A stretch of 64,000 bases of DNA from the NCBI RefSeq assembly GCF_006345805.1, contig NC_043022.1, positions 13,392,001 through 13,456,000 on the forward strand. Direction: 5' to 3'. The position numbers and the translations under genes were made by a program. The DNA is from Octopus sinensis (taxonomy: Eukaryota). This document shows, piece by piece, positions 26,388 to 38,873 of this stretch. The stretch's first letter is position 1. Every line of letters starts with the position of its first letter. Below the pieces are notes generated by a model. It was given only the letters and a program-made list of their open reading frames with translations. It was not told where the DNA came from and did not search any database.

Positions 26388-29300
26388 ATGACTGAGATAA
26401 AAGTTACTCCTCTGGGTGAGATTATTGTGTATTTGTCGTGATATTTTACAGTATTGGCTAATCTTTGTAGAATCTTTATCCGCCGGGCAACAACTTTTGG
26501 CGATATCGAAATTCGCGCCGGACAACCTGGACCAAGGGAAAGCAAGATAAAAAGCCTTGGTTTTTTAGAGAAACTTACTTTATAATGTTTATAAGCACGA
26601 TAAATTTTTGTTTTCATGATGTGTGAAAGACAATATTTGCCTTGAAGTGAGAGCAGAAAGTGAAAGTTGTATGTACGTATATACGAAATGGACGTGTTTG
26701 TGTGTGAGAGAGAGAGTGTGTGGTAAAAGCTTGCTTCACAACCCCATGGTTCCGGGTTCAGTTCCACTGCGTGGCACCTTGGTCAGGTGTCTTCTACTGT
26801 AGTGTCAGGCCAACAAAGGCCTTGTGAATGGATTTGGTAGACGGAAACTGAAAGAAACCTGTCGTATCTGTGTGTGTGTGTGTCCCGACATCACTTGAAA
26901 ACTGGTGTTTGTGTGTTTCGTCCCCGTAACTTAGCAGTTCAGCCAAAGATATCGATAGAATAAATACCAGGCTTACAAAAACGTATGTACTATGATCGAT
27001 TCATTTGACTTCAGAAATTTTCAAGGCGGTGCCCTCGCATGGCCAGAGTCCCATTTAACTTTTCTTCTTCGTAAACCTTAAGAAGGATTAAGATAACATG
27101 CCAAGAAATTTCATGGTAGACAACAATTTCTTTAGACACCTGTAGGTTTTGAAAACTGGACAGCAAACGAGTGTTTTAATCTACATATGAAGTCATACTG
27201 GTACAACTGTAGCTTTGCTTTCAAATTTTGTTTGATCATTGAATCAACCCCCAAAATAACCTTAAAGGAAACTGACCAATAAATAAAGTACTGGGCCACC
27301 AACTGTTCAAATCCATTGCAGCTTTTTCCTTCCAAACCTGTTTCAATCCGGTGGCACATAAAAAGCACCATCCGAACGTGGCCGATGCCAGCGCTGCCTT
27401 GGCTGGCTTCCATGCCGGTGGCACGTTAAAAGCACCAACCGATCGTGGCCGATGCTAGACCCCCCCCCCCGGCACCTGTGCAGGTGGCATGTAAAAAGCA
27501 CCCACTACACTCGCGGAGTGGTTGGCGTTAGGAAGGGCATCCAGCTGTAGAAACACTGCCAGATCAGACTGGAGCCTGGTGCAGCCCTGGCTTCCCAGAC
27601 TCCGGTCGAACCGTCCAACCCGTGCTAGTGCGGAAAACGGACGTTAAACGATGATGATGATTTGGAGTGATTTGACTTATTTCATTAATCACTCAGTTAA
27701 TCCTCATAAAAGATGTTTTGATTAAGCTGCCAGTTCGTTAGCTTGTTTCTCCGAACTGAAAACTAATTATGTTTATCTTTTCTTTTCAGGTGCTGGCCAA
27801 GGTACGACATCAAGTGAAAACTGGTTTTTAGTTTTTTGTTTTTAATAACTTAAGGAGTTGTTTGTAAAATGGTTGTGATTTCTAGGTTCACAAATGGCAG
27901 CTAAATATGACCCCTAAAGAAGGAAATTCCGCTGGTTTCATTCTTTTGCAAACAAACAAAATATTTTATGTAGCTTCAACGTTATCATGTGGCAAGTGTT
28001 GGTATACCTCAAATGTATTTTTCCTGTTTTGAAAAAAGGTAAAAAGTGATAATTGGACAAGAGCATTAGGAGAGTAAAAAGCAAATCTTTGATCTACATT
28101 GATCCATATGATTGATTCTTATCTCTGCTGTCTGAGCTTTTTATTTATTTATTTTGTTATGAGCACATTGTCTATAACCCTTTGCAGGGCCTTTTATACT
28201 GGTGGGAGGGAGGGTGGTATCCTCAAACTGGAAAGCTGGTCCTTATCATCACAACAGAGTGGGCTCTGTTAAAGGTATTCAAGGGGCCAGGTGTTGGTGT
28301 TAAACTAGGTAACAGAGTGGACTCTGCTAAAGTTACCCAAGGGGTCAGGAAGAGGTTTTAAGCCAACAATGCAAGAAGGTAGTGACAGAGTTTGCAGTTT
28401 GACCACAAAGTGCTGGAACAAATACTGCAAGGTACCCAGTCTCACGTTCTTACCATTCCACTATTTCCCCATCTTGGGTTGGTACTTTTTTATTGACTCC
28501 AGTTCACATAAGTTCCTTAGGGTTTCATAAGGGCTAGTGCTTTTTACATATTTAACATACCCCTTAATATTTTACTGCCTCTAAATGTGTATCCCTAAGA
28601 AATTAAACTGTTTCTATCATAATTTAGACATCATCTTAGTTTGTTTATTTTTGTTCCTCATTGAAATTTATTAGTTTATATTTTAATTAGACAGAGATCC
28701 TAGGATTTATTAATTAATCTCAATTAGAGGGATCCTATAATTCATTAGACAAAGAGATTCTGTAATTGTTTTTTAATTAGACAAAATATGCTGATTTTTT
28801 AATTTTTTAAATTAAACAAAGAGATCCTGTACTTTCTCAAAAATAAAAGGGTTCTGGGCTTATTAGAAATTTAAAAAGAAAATAATTAAAAATGTAATTT
28901 TACCAATTGCTTTGTACTGATTTTTTTTTTCAATATTTTTTTTTCTAGATGTTGGTCGAAGTTGTATCCTGGTTACTGTTGGTGGGAAGAACATCATGTT
29001 AGACTGTGGTATGCATATGGGATTTAACGATGAGGTCAGGGTTGTTTCTTCATTTTTGAAGTTTTGTTTGTTCTCTTGCAAGCAACGAAGCTGTGATCAT
29101 CGGTTATTGTTTTTTTTTTTTCATCAAATTGTCGATCACAAAATTGCCTCTTTTAAATACAGTGACCAAAACCTTTTTTTTTTTAAATACTTTTATTCTT
29201 TAACCAAAGGCTTTAGTCAATACAGGACTGAAGAACTAAATTAACACTGAGAAGCTAATGTGTTCTTCAAGTCACTTTGAATAGTTGATAGTGAAGTTTA

Positions 29301-30565
29301 TTTAAATTAGGTGTTTGAACTCTCAACTACACTTCCAGATTTGGAACTTTTATGGTGGTGCAGGGCAATTCTTCAATAGCTTTGAATATAAAGACCAGGC
29401 TATCAACATTCAATCATTCTGCTATGAGAACCCTTACCATTTTTTCAAGTAAGGGATCTCTTATTTCACACATCTTTAATGGAGCAAGGTCGGTAGACAG
29501 TTTACTAACTGGAGATATGACGACAATGTTACCACTCCGCCAGGTCACTTTTCAGATCTGGATGTATGTGGTCACACATATACAAGAGGCTTATTTCCAT
29601 TTGCTTCTACCACATTCGCCCATAAGCCTTTGGTTGGCTCAGAACTATTGAAGATGATGACACTTGCTTCAGGTGCTGTGCAGTAGGACTGAACTCAAAA
29701 CCATGTATTTGGAAAGTCCGTTTCTTGACCATACATCCAAACCTATTTTTCATGATGTGAAAAGCACGCAGCATACTCTGTTAAGTGGTTGGCATTAGGA
29801 AAGTCGTCCAGCTGTAAATACCATGCCTCTACACATAACTGAAGTCTGGATAGCTCCCTGTTAGTCAACTCCATGTCAAACTGTCCAACCCATGCCAGGA
29901 TGGAAAGCAGACCTTAAATGATGATATTTTATATCTGTTTTCCATGCTTGCATGAGAAAAAATTGTTTGACAAGATTCAATGAGTTAGAGGACCATGTCT
30001 TTCTCCAATGTTTCATCTTTGGCATGGTTTCTATAGCCGTTTGCCCTTCCCCACAGTGACTACTTTGCAGATTGTGCTGTGTGCAATTTTCCCATGGCAC
30101 CAGCCCTGTAAAGGTTGCCTTGCCATCAGCAAGACTAACAAGCCCTCTCAGACTGTGTCGTCACTGTTCGGTTCAGATACCAGTCACTTAGACTGATGTC
30201 AAAACATTTATTTTAGCTTCGTTTGTTAACTTTATACTCACTTATGGGTTAATCACTAATGTATATGCACATGAACGGGAGAGTGTATACATCAGATGTA
30301 ACCCATGTTTGTATTGTAACTTTTATGTCACTTCCATTGTGTATTACATATTAGCTAACATCCCATTGGACCCCTTGTGCAAAATTGATTCGTAAAATCA
30401 GCCATAATGAATATATGATAGCGTACACTTTGAATGATAAATATATATATCCAGCCGTAGAAACACTGCCAGATCTGACTGGGCCTGATGAAGCCTTCCA
30501 GCTTCACTGACCCCAGTTGAACTGTCCAACCTATGCTAGCATGGAAAACGGACGCTAAATGATGA

Positions 30566-30616
<51 letters not shown>

Positions 30617-32308
30617 GCAAGATTTTTTATGTGAAGTCGTGTGTTGAAACAGATATTGTTATATTTCGGAATGGTCATTTTGCCAGTTTAGCCAATAAAA
30701 AGAAAGAACTCTGGCCGAAATAAGATTAAGACTAATGTAAAAAATAAATAACATTGAAGCAAAATAACACCAAATATATAGTGCGTGTGTTTTTATTGGC
30801 TAAACTGGCAAAATGACCATTCTGAAATATAACAATATATATATATACATGCACATATAAACACATATATATATGTGATATAATTTAACAACCTGATGAG
30901 CGTGTAATGTATAAATTTTTTTCTTTCTCAGAGGCGCTTCCCAGATTTCACCTACATTACCAGGGAGGGAACACTCACCGAACATCTGGATTGTGTGATC
31001 ATAACGTAAGTAATTCAAACAGTTATTCCTCTACATCCTTTTTGTTGTTTCTTTACTTTCATCTTTCATGAAATATAAACAAGGTTTTCGCAAAGTTTAC
31101 TAAATATGAAGTTTTCAAATTTAGCTTGTAGCTTCTTTCCCTCCCCCACTCTCTCTGTATATATATGTGTGTGTGTGTATATACATACATATTTATGTGA
31201 AAGGTCCAACTGTCCTCTTAATCTCCCGGCAATAAGCTCTTAGTCTTTTCCTTAATGCCATGTCAACTTTGGAGATTATCTCCCCTTCACGTATGAAGCT
31301 GGCCTTAAATGGCATTTGGTAATTGTCACATTCTTTACAGGCAGAGATAATTATTAATAAATCAAGAATTTAAGTTGTACTGTATTTAATATACTTGTAT
31401 TTGTTTGTTGTTCAAATACATGGTTATTTCTCTTTGCTCATTTTTCTGTAAATTGTGTGTATATATATATATATATATACTACATAATATATTGTTAAGA
31501 ATATCAGGAAATTCTTCAGAAAGATATATATGTGTGTAGAATAATTATTGTATTAAGTATATAAATATATGTAAATATGTATAAGTATAAATATATAATA
31601 ATAAATATGGCAGTTTAAAAGTTTCAAATTAGGTTTTTAAAGCATCTTACGATGGCTTTGCAGAGGTGTTGTCCCTCTAATGGAATCCTATATTGATAAG
31701 CATTTATAGACCACACTTCTGCTCCTCAGAGATATAAAATGTGAAATTTGTATAATGTATTGAATGGTAGTTTTTAAAAAAAATATGAAGTAATATGGGA
31801 AAATGGTGTTTGTTTGAAATATAAATTAAAAATTACTGCTTTTGATTTTGGTAAGTACACTTTAGTATGAGAATCTTGAAATCCATATATGCCTCCTTGA
31901 TAAGTCTTCTGCAGTAATACGAAACAATTATGTATAAAATCCATTATATTGTCCTGTATTCCAAATATAGTTTTATATATATATATAATTGTATGTGTAT
32001 ATGTAATTGTCTCTGTGTGTAATATATATATAGAGAGAGAATTGTGTATGTGTGTGTGTTATGGTAAAGTGAAAGTTAAAACAATGATGATAATGAAATG
32101 TGTAAATTCATTTCAGACACTTCCATTTGGATCACTGTGGTGCTCTGCCGTATATGTCTGAAATGGTTGGCTTTGATGGACCTATCTATATGACACATCC
32201 TACGAAGGCTATTTGCCCCATCTTGCTGGTAAGTTAAGGAGCTAGATGTTCTGCATCAGGATTTTAAAAATATATCAAGCCATGTGTATTGTGTTATACA
32301 CTATAGCA

Positions 32309-32361
<53 letters not shown>

Positions 32362-32771
32362 CAAAATTAGAAAATGGAGAAACATACTTAAATCAATCAA
32401 ACATCAACCATCAGATGATACCCAATCAATACTTTATTACACCATTACATAACAGCAAAGGCATTATACAAAATATATTGTAAATATAATTAGACAAGGA
32501 AATAGAAATATAAAATATATATATATATATATATACTCTTTTACTCTTTTACTCTTTTACTTGTTTCAGTCATTTGACTGCGGCCATGCTGGAGCACCAC
32601 CTTTAGTCGAGCAAATCGACCCTGAGACTTATTTTTTGTAAGCCCAGTACTTATTATATCGGTCTCTTTTGCCGAACCGCTAAGTGACGGGGACGTAAAC
32701 ACACACCAGCATCGGTTGTCAAGCAATGCTAGGGGACAAACACAGACACACAAACACACACACACACATAC

Positions 32772-32840
<69 letters not shown>

Positions 32841-35800
32841 GACAGGCTTCTTTCAGTTTCCGTCTACCAAATCCACTCACAAGGCATTGGTCGGCCCGGG
32901 GCTATAGGAGAAGACACTTGCCCAAGATGCCACGCAGTGGGATTGAACCCAGAACCATGTGGTTGGTTAGCAAGCTACTTACCATACAGCCACTCCTGCG
33001 CCTATATATATAATTAAAATTAAAATAAGGGTGAAAAAATTGGATATTAATTTAATAACATCAATTTAACACCAGTGGTTTAGCATATAAAAAACTGAGA
33101 TTCAGTAAATATTGTTAATACACAAATATGAGAGAGAATCCACTATGTGGATGCTCTAACGCTAAAGATAGATCCGCAGGGGTCTGAATCACTAAGAATT
33201 GTTCTCGAGAAGAATTTAGCACACTATGAACAGTATATATATAAATACTGGAAAATGTTTCATAGTCTGTGGGGGAAGTGGCCAGGTGTTTGAGGATTGT
33301 ACTGTACAGTGAGGAAATCGTTACATTCTTTTCTGATGAATGCAATAAAAACCTGGTTGTATCATTAAGAAACTTGCTTCCCAACCACATGGTTCTGGGT
33401 TCAGTCCCGTTGCATGGGACTTGTGAAAGAAATCAAAAATTTCAACTGGGTTCCCTTTAGCATTTCAACCAGCCATATCCAGCCCAAATGTTCAATCTGT
33501 TTTATGTTCAAACTGGCCAGATCCAGCCTCTCACACCTATCAAAATCTCAGAGCGATGAGATAATGCACGATTAATTCAAAACGATGTGAATGAATAAGG
33601 ATTACATTTGACAGAATAATCTGAATGCTAAAGGGTTAAGTTGAAATAATTAAGTTAAGTTAATTTTAGAGATTGTGTTACCATTTTGTGTGGAGTGACC
33701 CTTTTGACAACAGGATGGTTCAATAGAGCATCAACACCATTTTTATTCTTATCATTGATCTTAACAACATCAAAATCACTAGGATATTCATGAGCAGGAT
33801 TATCTCGGGGAAGAATCTTCCAAGAAATCACGCCAGAATCATACAAAGCTGCATCGACGAACCTTTTCCGGGCCATAAATTTATAATAAACATTGAAAGA
33901 CACAATATACTAGTTTTAAAGAGTGGAAGAGCTGAAATCCACTTGGACATGATGATGATCCGAACTTGTTGATATGTTACACTGATTTTGTTGCAAAATA
34001 TCAGCAAAATTTTCTTCAGATTGAACTAGACAGAGCAGAAACAGAATCAACTTTCTCAGTTGAAATCCTTTTCTCCCAAGAAGTGTCGACTGTGAAAATA
34101 ATGGACATCGTTTTCTCCCCATAGCTACAAGTAAAACCTTGCAGTACCTGAGAGTAGCTAAATAAAAGCTGGATGATGGAGTAACAATGGCAAAAAATTT
34201 CTTAAGATAAGGCAACAGATTGTGTTAAGGGAGATGGTTGAGTATGTCTCATGTAAAAATTGTTGAGAGAGGCTGGTTTATGTAAAGCATCTCAAGGATC
34301 TGCTCTCACCATTAACTCTTCTGTTACCAACCTGGCTGAAACCAGCTCTGTTCAAATTTCTTGTTTTCATAAATTTTGAATTAACATCTTCCACCAAACC
34401 TTAGTCATAATTAATGTTCCTAACACGAGCCGAATGATAACTAAGTTATTTTACTAAATTCTTTGTTATATTTAAAATTAATTGAAAGAAACACAGAGCA
34501 TCTCAACAGAAATATGGTAACGAGATGGTTAAATGTATGATTTGTATTTCAGGAAGATTATCGGAAGATTACTGTTGAACGCAGAGGAGAAACCAACTTC
34601 TTCACATCAGAAATGATAAAATCCTGTATGAAGAAAGTAATTGCTGTCAACCTCCACCAGACTGTTCATGTATGTACACGCAACAGATTATTATTATTGT
34701 TAATATTAAACCTTTTGTTATCAACCTGCTTAATACTGTTCCTTGTTCTGTGATACAAATCACTTGCTTTAAAGTCACCTAAATTAAAACCTTCCATCAA
34801 AATTTCATCTTAATTCATATTCTAGACACTACCTTAATAAATGACAAAAATATTTTGCTAATTGTTCATCATCATCATCGTTTAACGTCCATTCTCCATG
34901 CTAGCATGGGTTGGACGGTTCGACTGGGGATCTGGGAAGCCAGAAGGCTGCACCAGGCTCCAGTCTTATCTGGCAGTGTTTCTACAGCTGGATGCCCTTC
35001 CTAACGCCAACCACTCCGTGAGTGTAGTGGGTGCTTTTTACGTGCCACCTGCACAGGTGCCAGGCGAGGCTGGCAACGGCCACGGTCGGATTGGTGCATT
35101 TTACGTGCCACCGGCATGGAAGCCAGTCGAGGTGGCGCTGGCATCGGCCACGAGTCGGATAGTGCTAAAAATATTTTGCTAATTGTTATTTTCAGAATAA
35201 TTAAAATAGACAAGGTATTACAATAGAAGTATAACAAAAGTATTACAGTGATTTTGATTAAATTAAGATGGAATTTTGATAGGTTTTATGTTCCAAACAT
35301 CCATTTAATAATGACAGTTATTTTGTTAAATTCTTCATTGTTTTCAAAATCAATGGAAACAAAGGCAACGTATTTCATAAGAAATATGGCAACAAAAGGG
35401 TTAATTCTGGCATTTTACACCTGAACTAAGAAGACTTTAGATTCTTCAAGCAAAGAAAATTACACAAGTTCTGTAGATTTACATTTTAATTTCATTCCTC
35501 TCCAACACAATAAGACAGTTTATTATGTATGAAGCCAGCAAGAGAGCATCCATGTGGTCGCTTGATCTGCTAGAAATAACAGACAAATCTCCTTTGAATC
35601 ACATGTTTCAGTTTTATTAAAGAGAAAATAACACAGTGTCTGAATTAAGACAGGATGTTCATGGCTGGAACACCTTTGATCATGTGTCTGCTCAGTCAGA
35701 AAATGACTTGCTACTACATTTCAGTATATTATATTTTTTTTTATATCAATACCATCTCTCTCTCTCTTTCCAGGTGGACCTTGATTTAGAAATAAAGGCA

Positions 35801-38800
35801 TATTATGCAGGACATGTTTTAGGAGCTGCAATGTTTTATATCAAGTCTGGCCAGCAATCCCTTGTCTACACAGTAAGGAATCTTGTCTTCACCATGTCTG
35901 TTATTCATTTTTTTAACAAATCTCTCTCTCTCGCTTTCCCTCTCTCCTTCCTCCCCCCTCCTCCTCTCTCCTCCTCCTCCTCTCTCCTTCCTCCTCTCTC
36001 CCTCCCTTTCCCAATTCTTTCCTCTCTCTCCATCCCATCTCTCTCGGGACTGGATTATTTGACACTCTACACCCTGATTTCAGCTTAATTATGGTATCTA
36101 AGATGAAGGGATAAATATAGCATGAAACCCTTTTTTTTTTTCTTTTTGTGTTGTTGTTTTTGGTTTGACCCTATCCAAATCCTGGTGGTGGTGTTCAGAT
36201 CCAAACTGGGTGTTGGTCAAGTGACAATATTTCAGCTCCCTCATTGGAGATTTTCTGTTACAGAAGAAAGCCTTCAGTAAGGCCTAAAGAAGGAAACCCT
36301 TGATGTCAACACATATGTCGAATTTACTCAATCACTCCAAACACTACTGCAATTTCTTCTGGGCCACTCCTCCAGGCTCCACCCTGGCACAGTGTCACCA
36401 CCAGTTTTATTTCACTTCCCATCTCCACTTTAGGAAGAGACCTGTTCTGTTCTGACTCCTTCCTTCATGCTTTTAACTTTTCATCATGTACCTTAACCCT
36501 TTCATTACCAAACCGCCCAAAGCCGCCCGAAAAAAATTTTGGTTAATGTGACCAAACCGCCCAAACCCGCGTGAATTTACCTATTCATATTTAAATGAGA
36601 ATATCAGAGCAAATCTCTTTAGTACATTCGTGAAAACACGTGATTATGCTTCGTAAACAGTTAATCTACAGTTTTGTACAACGATCGACGTGTAGTTTTA
36701 ATTCCCTGAATTTTGGGAGATTTTTTTCCACATTTTTTTCAGCATCGATATTTCTTCAACTTTGAAAATGGATAGGAGTTTCATGTTATCAAGCATTGAT
36801 TCCGAATTGGAAAATTTGTGAAACAAATACTGTGTACTGTTGTCGATTTAGTTTTTATACAGAAAAACTAATGTTAGTCAGCATGGCTTAGGGTATGATG
36901 TGGTCTGGAAGTTATTGTTTGAAGCGATCAATGCGGAAACAAACTTACACAGAACGTAAACAAACAACAAAATGGAGGTTCAAATTTCGGAAAATTTGTG
37001 AAGCAAATACTGGGTACTGCGTGGATTTAGTTTTTATACAGGGAAAATAATGTTAGTCAGCATGGCCTAGGGAACGATGTGGTCTGGAATTTATCACTTC
37101 CATACCATAACCAGGGCCGTATATTATTTTTTGACCGATTTCTTTAGTTCGGTTAAACTTACGGTGGATTCCAATATTTCAGTTTATTCCACCTTTATGG
37201 TACACCTGTTGTGCATTAAATTCAACTGATGATATAGTGATGTGCACAATTCTTCTTTATCAAAATTTTGTTGCATACCCATTTGAATATTAGCTGATGA
37301 TTCATTTTCTATGGTGATGTTTAAACAAAATTTTAATATTTTTACCTTTTGCTCAATTTAAAATTTTAATATTTTTACCTTTTGCTCAATTTACCTGGAT
37401 TTACCTGTAATTAAAGTCACTTTGAGACAAAAGTTATGCAATAGAATTGATTAAGAACCCTTTCTTTAATTATGTTCCAAATATCACATTAATATGTTGA
37501 TAAGTAAAAAAGTTAGTTATTTAATTAAACAAGCCTAGATTCATGATTATTTTAGAATTTAATTGAAACTCATGAGGGGTGTATTTTGGTCAGAAATATA
37601 GTAACGAAAAGGTTAAAGTTACGTCCACTCTACTTAGCCCCACTCAGCCAATGGGGGTGGGTCTTAGTCTTGTGAGCTATATGACAATCTCACTAGAGCT
37701 GGTGCTTTGAAGGAAAGCACCCAGTACACTCTGTAAAGTGGTTGGATGCATTTGGAAGGACACACAGCCATAGAAACCATACCAAAGGAGAAATAAGAAC
37801 ATGATGCAGTTCTCTGGCCTGTTGGATCCTCTCAAACCATCCAACCAATGGGAGATGAATGTGAGATGATGATGATTGTGGTATAGAGGTCGAGCTGGCA
37901 GAAACATTAGCATGCCAGGCAAAATGCGCAGCCGTATTTCGTCTGTCGTTACGTTCTGAGTTCAAATTCTGCCGAGGTCGACTTTGCCTTTCATCCTTTC
38001 GGGGTCGATAAATCAAGTACCAGTTATGCACTGGGGTCGATATAATCGACTTAATACCTATGTCTGTCCTTGTTTGTCCCTTCTATGTTTAGCCCCTTGT
38101 GGGTAATAAAGAAATAGGTATAGAGGTAAGAGGTTTATGGACACACAGTTAAGTGAAAAATCTTCCTTTCTCTCCATATTGGCCATAATTAATAGCCTAA
38201 TAACATAATTAATTATTAATCTTCTAACTGACCCTTGTAACACCCCATGAAGAAAATACTTTTGGTTATTTCAAAATTTTTTGGGTCATTTTCATTTCGC
38301 ATATATATTTAATTCACAGGGTGACTATAACATGACACCTGACAGACATTTAGGAGCTGCTTGGATTGACAAATGTCGACCAGATCTGCTTATTACCGAA
38401 TCCACTTATGCTACAACGATCCGAGATTCAAAGCGTTGTCGTGAGAGAGATTTCCTCAAGAAGGTCCACAGTTGTGTTGAGAAAGGGGGTAAGGTAAGTC
38501 AACTTTTTTTTTTTATAAAATTTTTTTTTAATGAAATTTCTTTTCTCCATTAATTTGAGAGATAAAAACATAAGGACATTTTTTTTTTTTGTTATCCTTT
38601 TCATTTTTTGCCCCTTTGTAATAGGTGTACTCTTTTTACTCTTTTATTTGTTTCAGTCGTTTGACTGCGGCCATGCTGGAGCACCGCCTTTAGTCGAGCA
38701 AATCGACCCCGGGACTTATTCTTTGTAAGCCCAGTACTTATTCTATCGGTCTGTTTTTGCCGAACCGCTAAGTGACGGGGACGTAAACACACCAGCATCG

Positions 38801-38842
38801 GTTGTCAAGCAATGCTAGGGAGACAAACACAGACACACAAAC

Positions 38843-38873
<31 letters not shown>

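Noticed and set aside
33285-33345. GAAA...CUGAUGA as a third permuted hammerhead
   Set aside because: Stem III is only 3 bp and no stem I complementarity exists.
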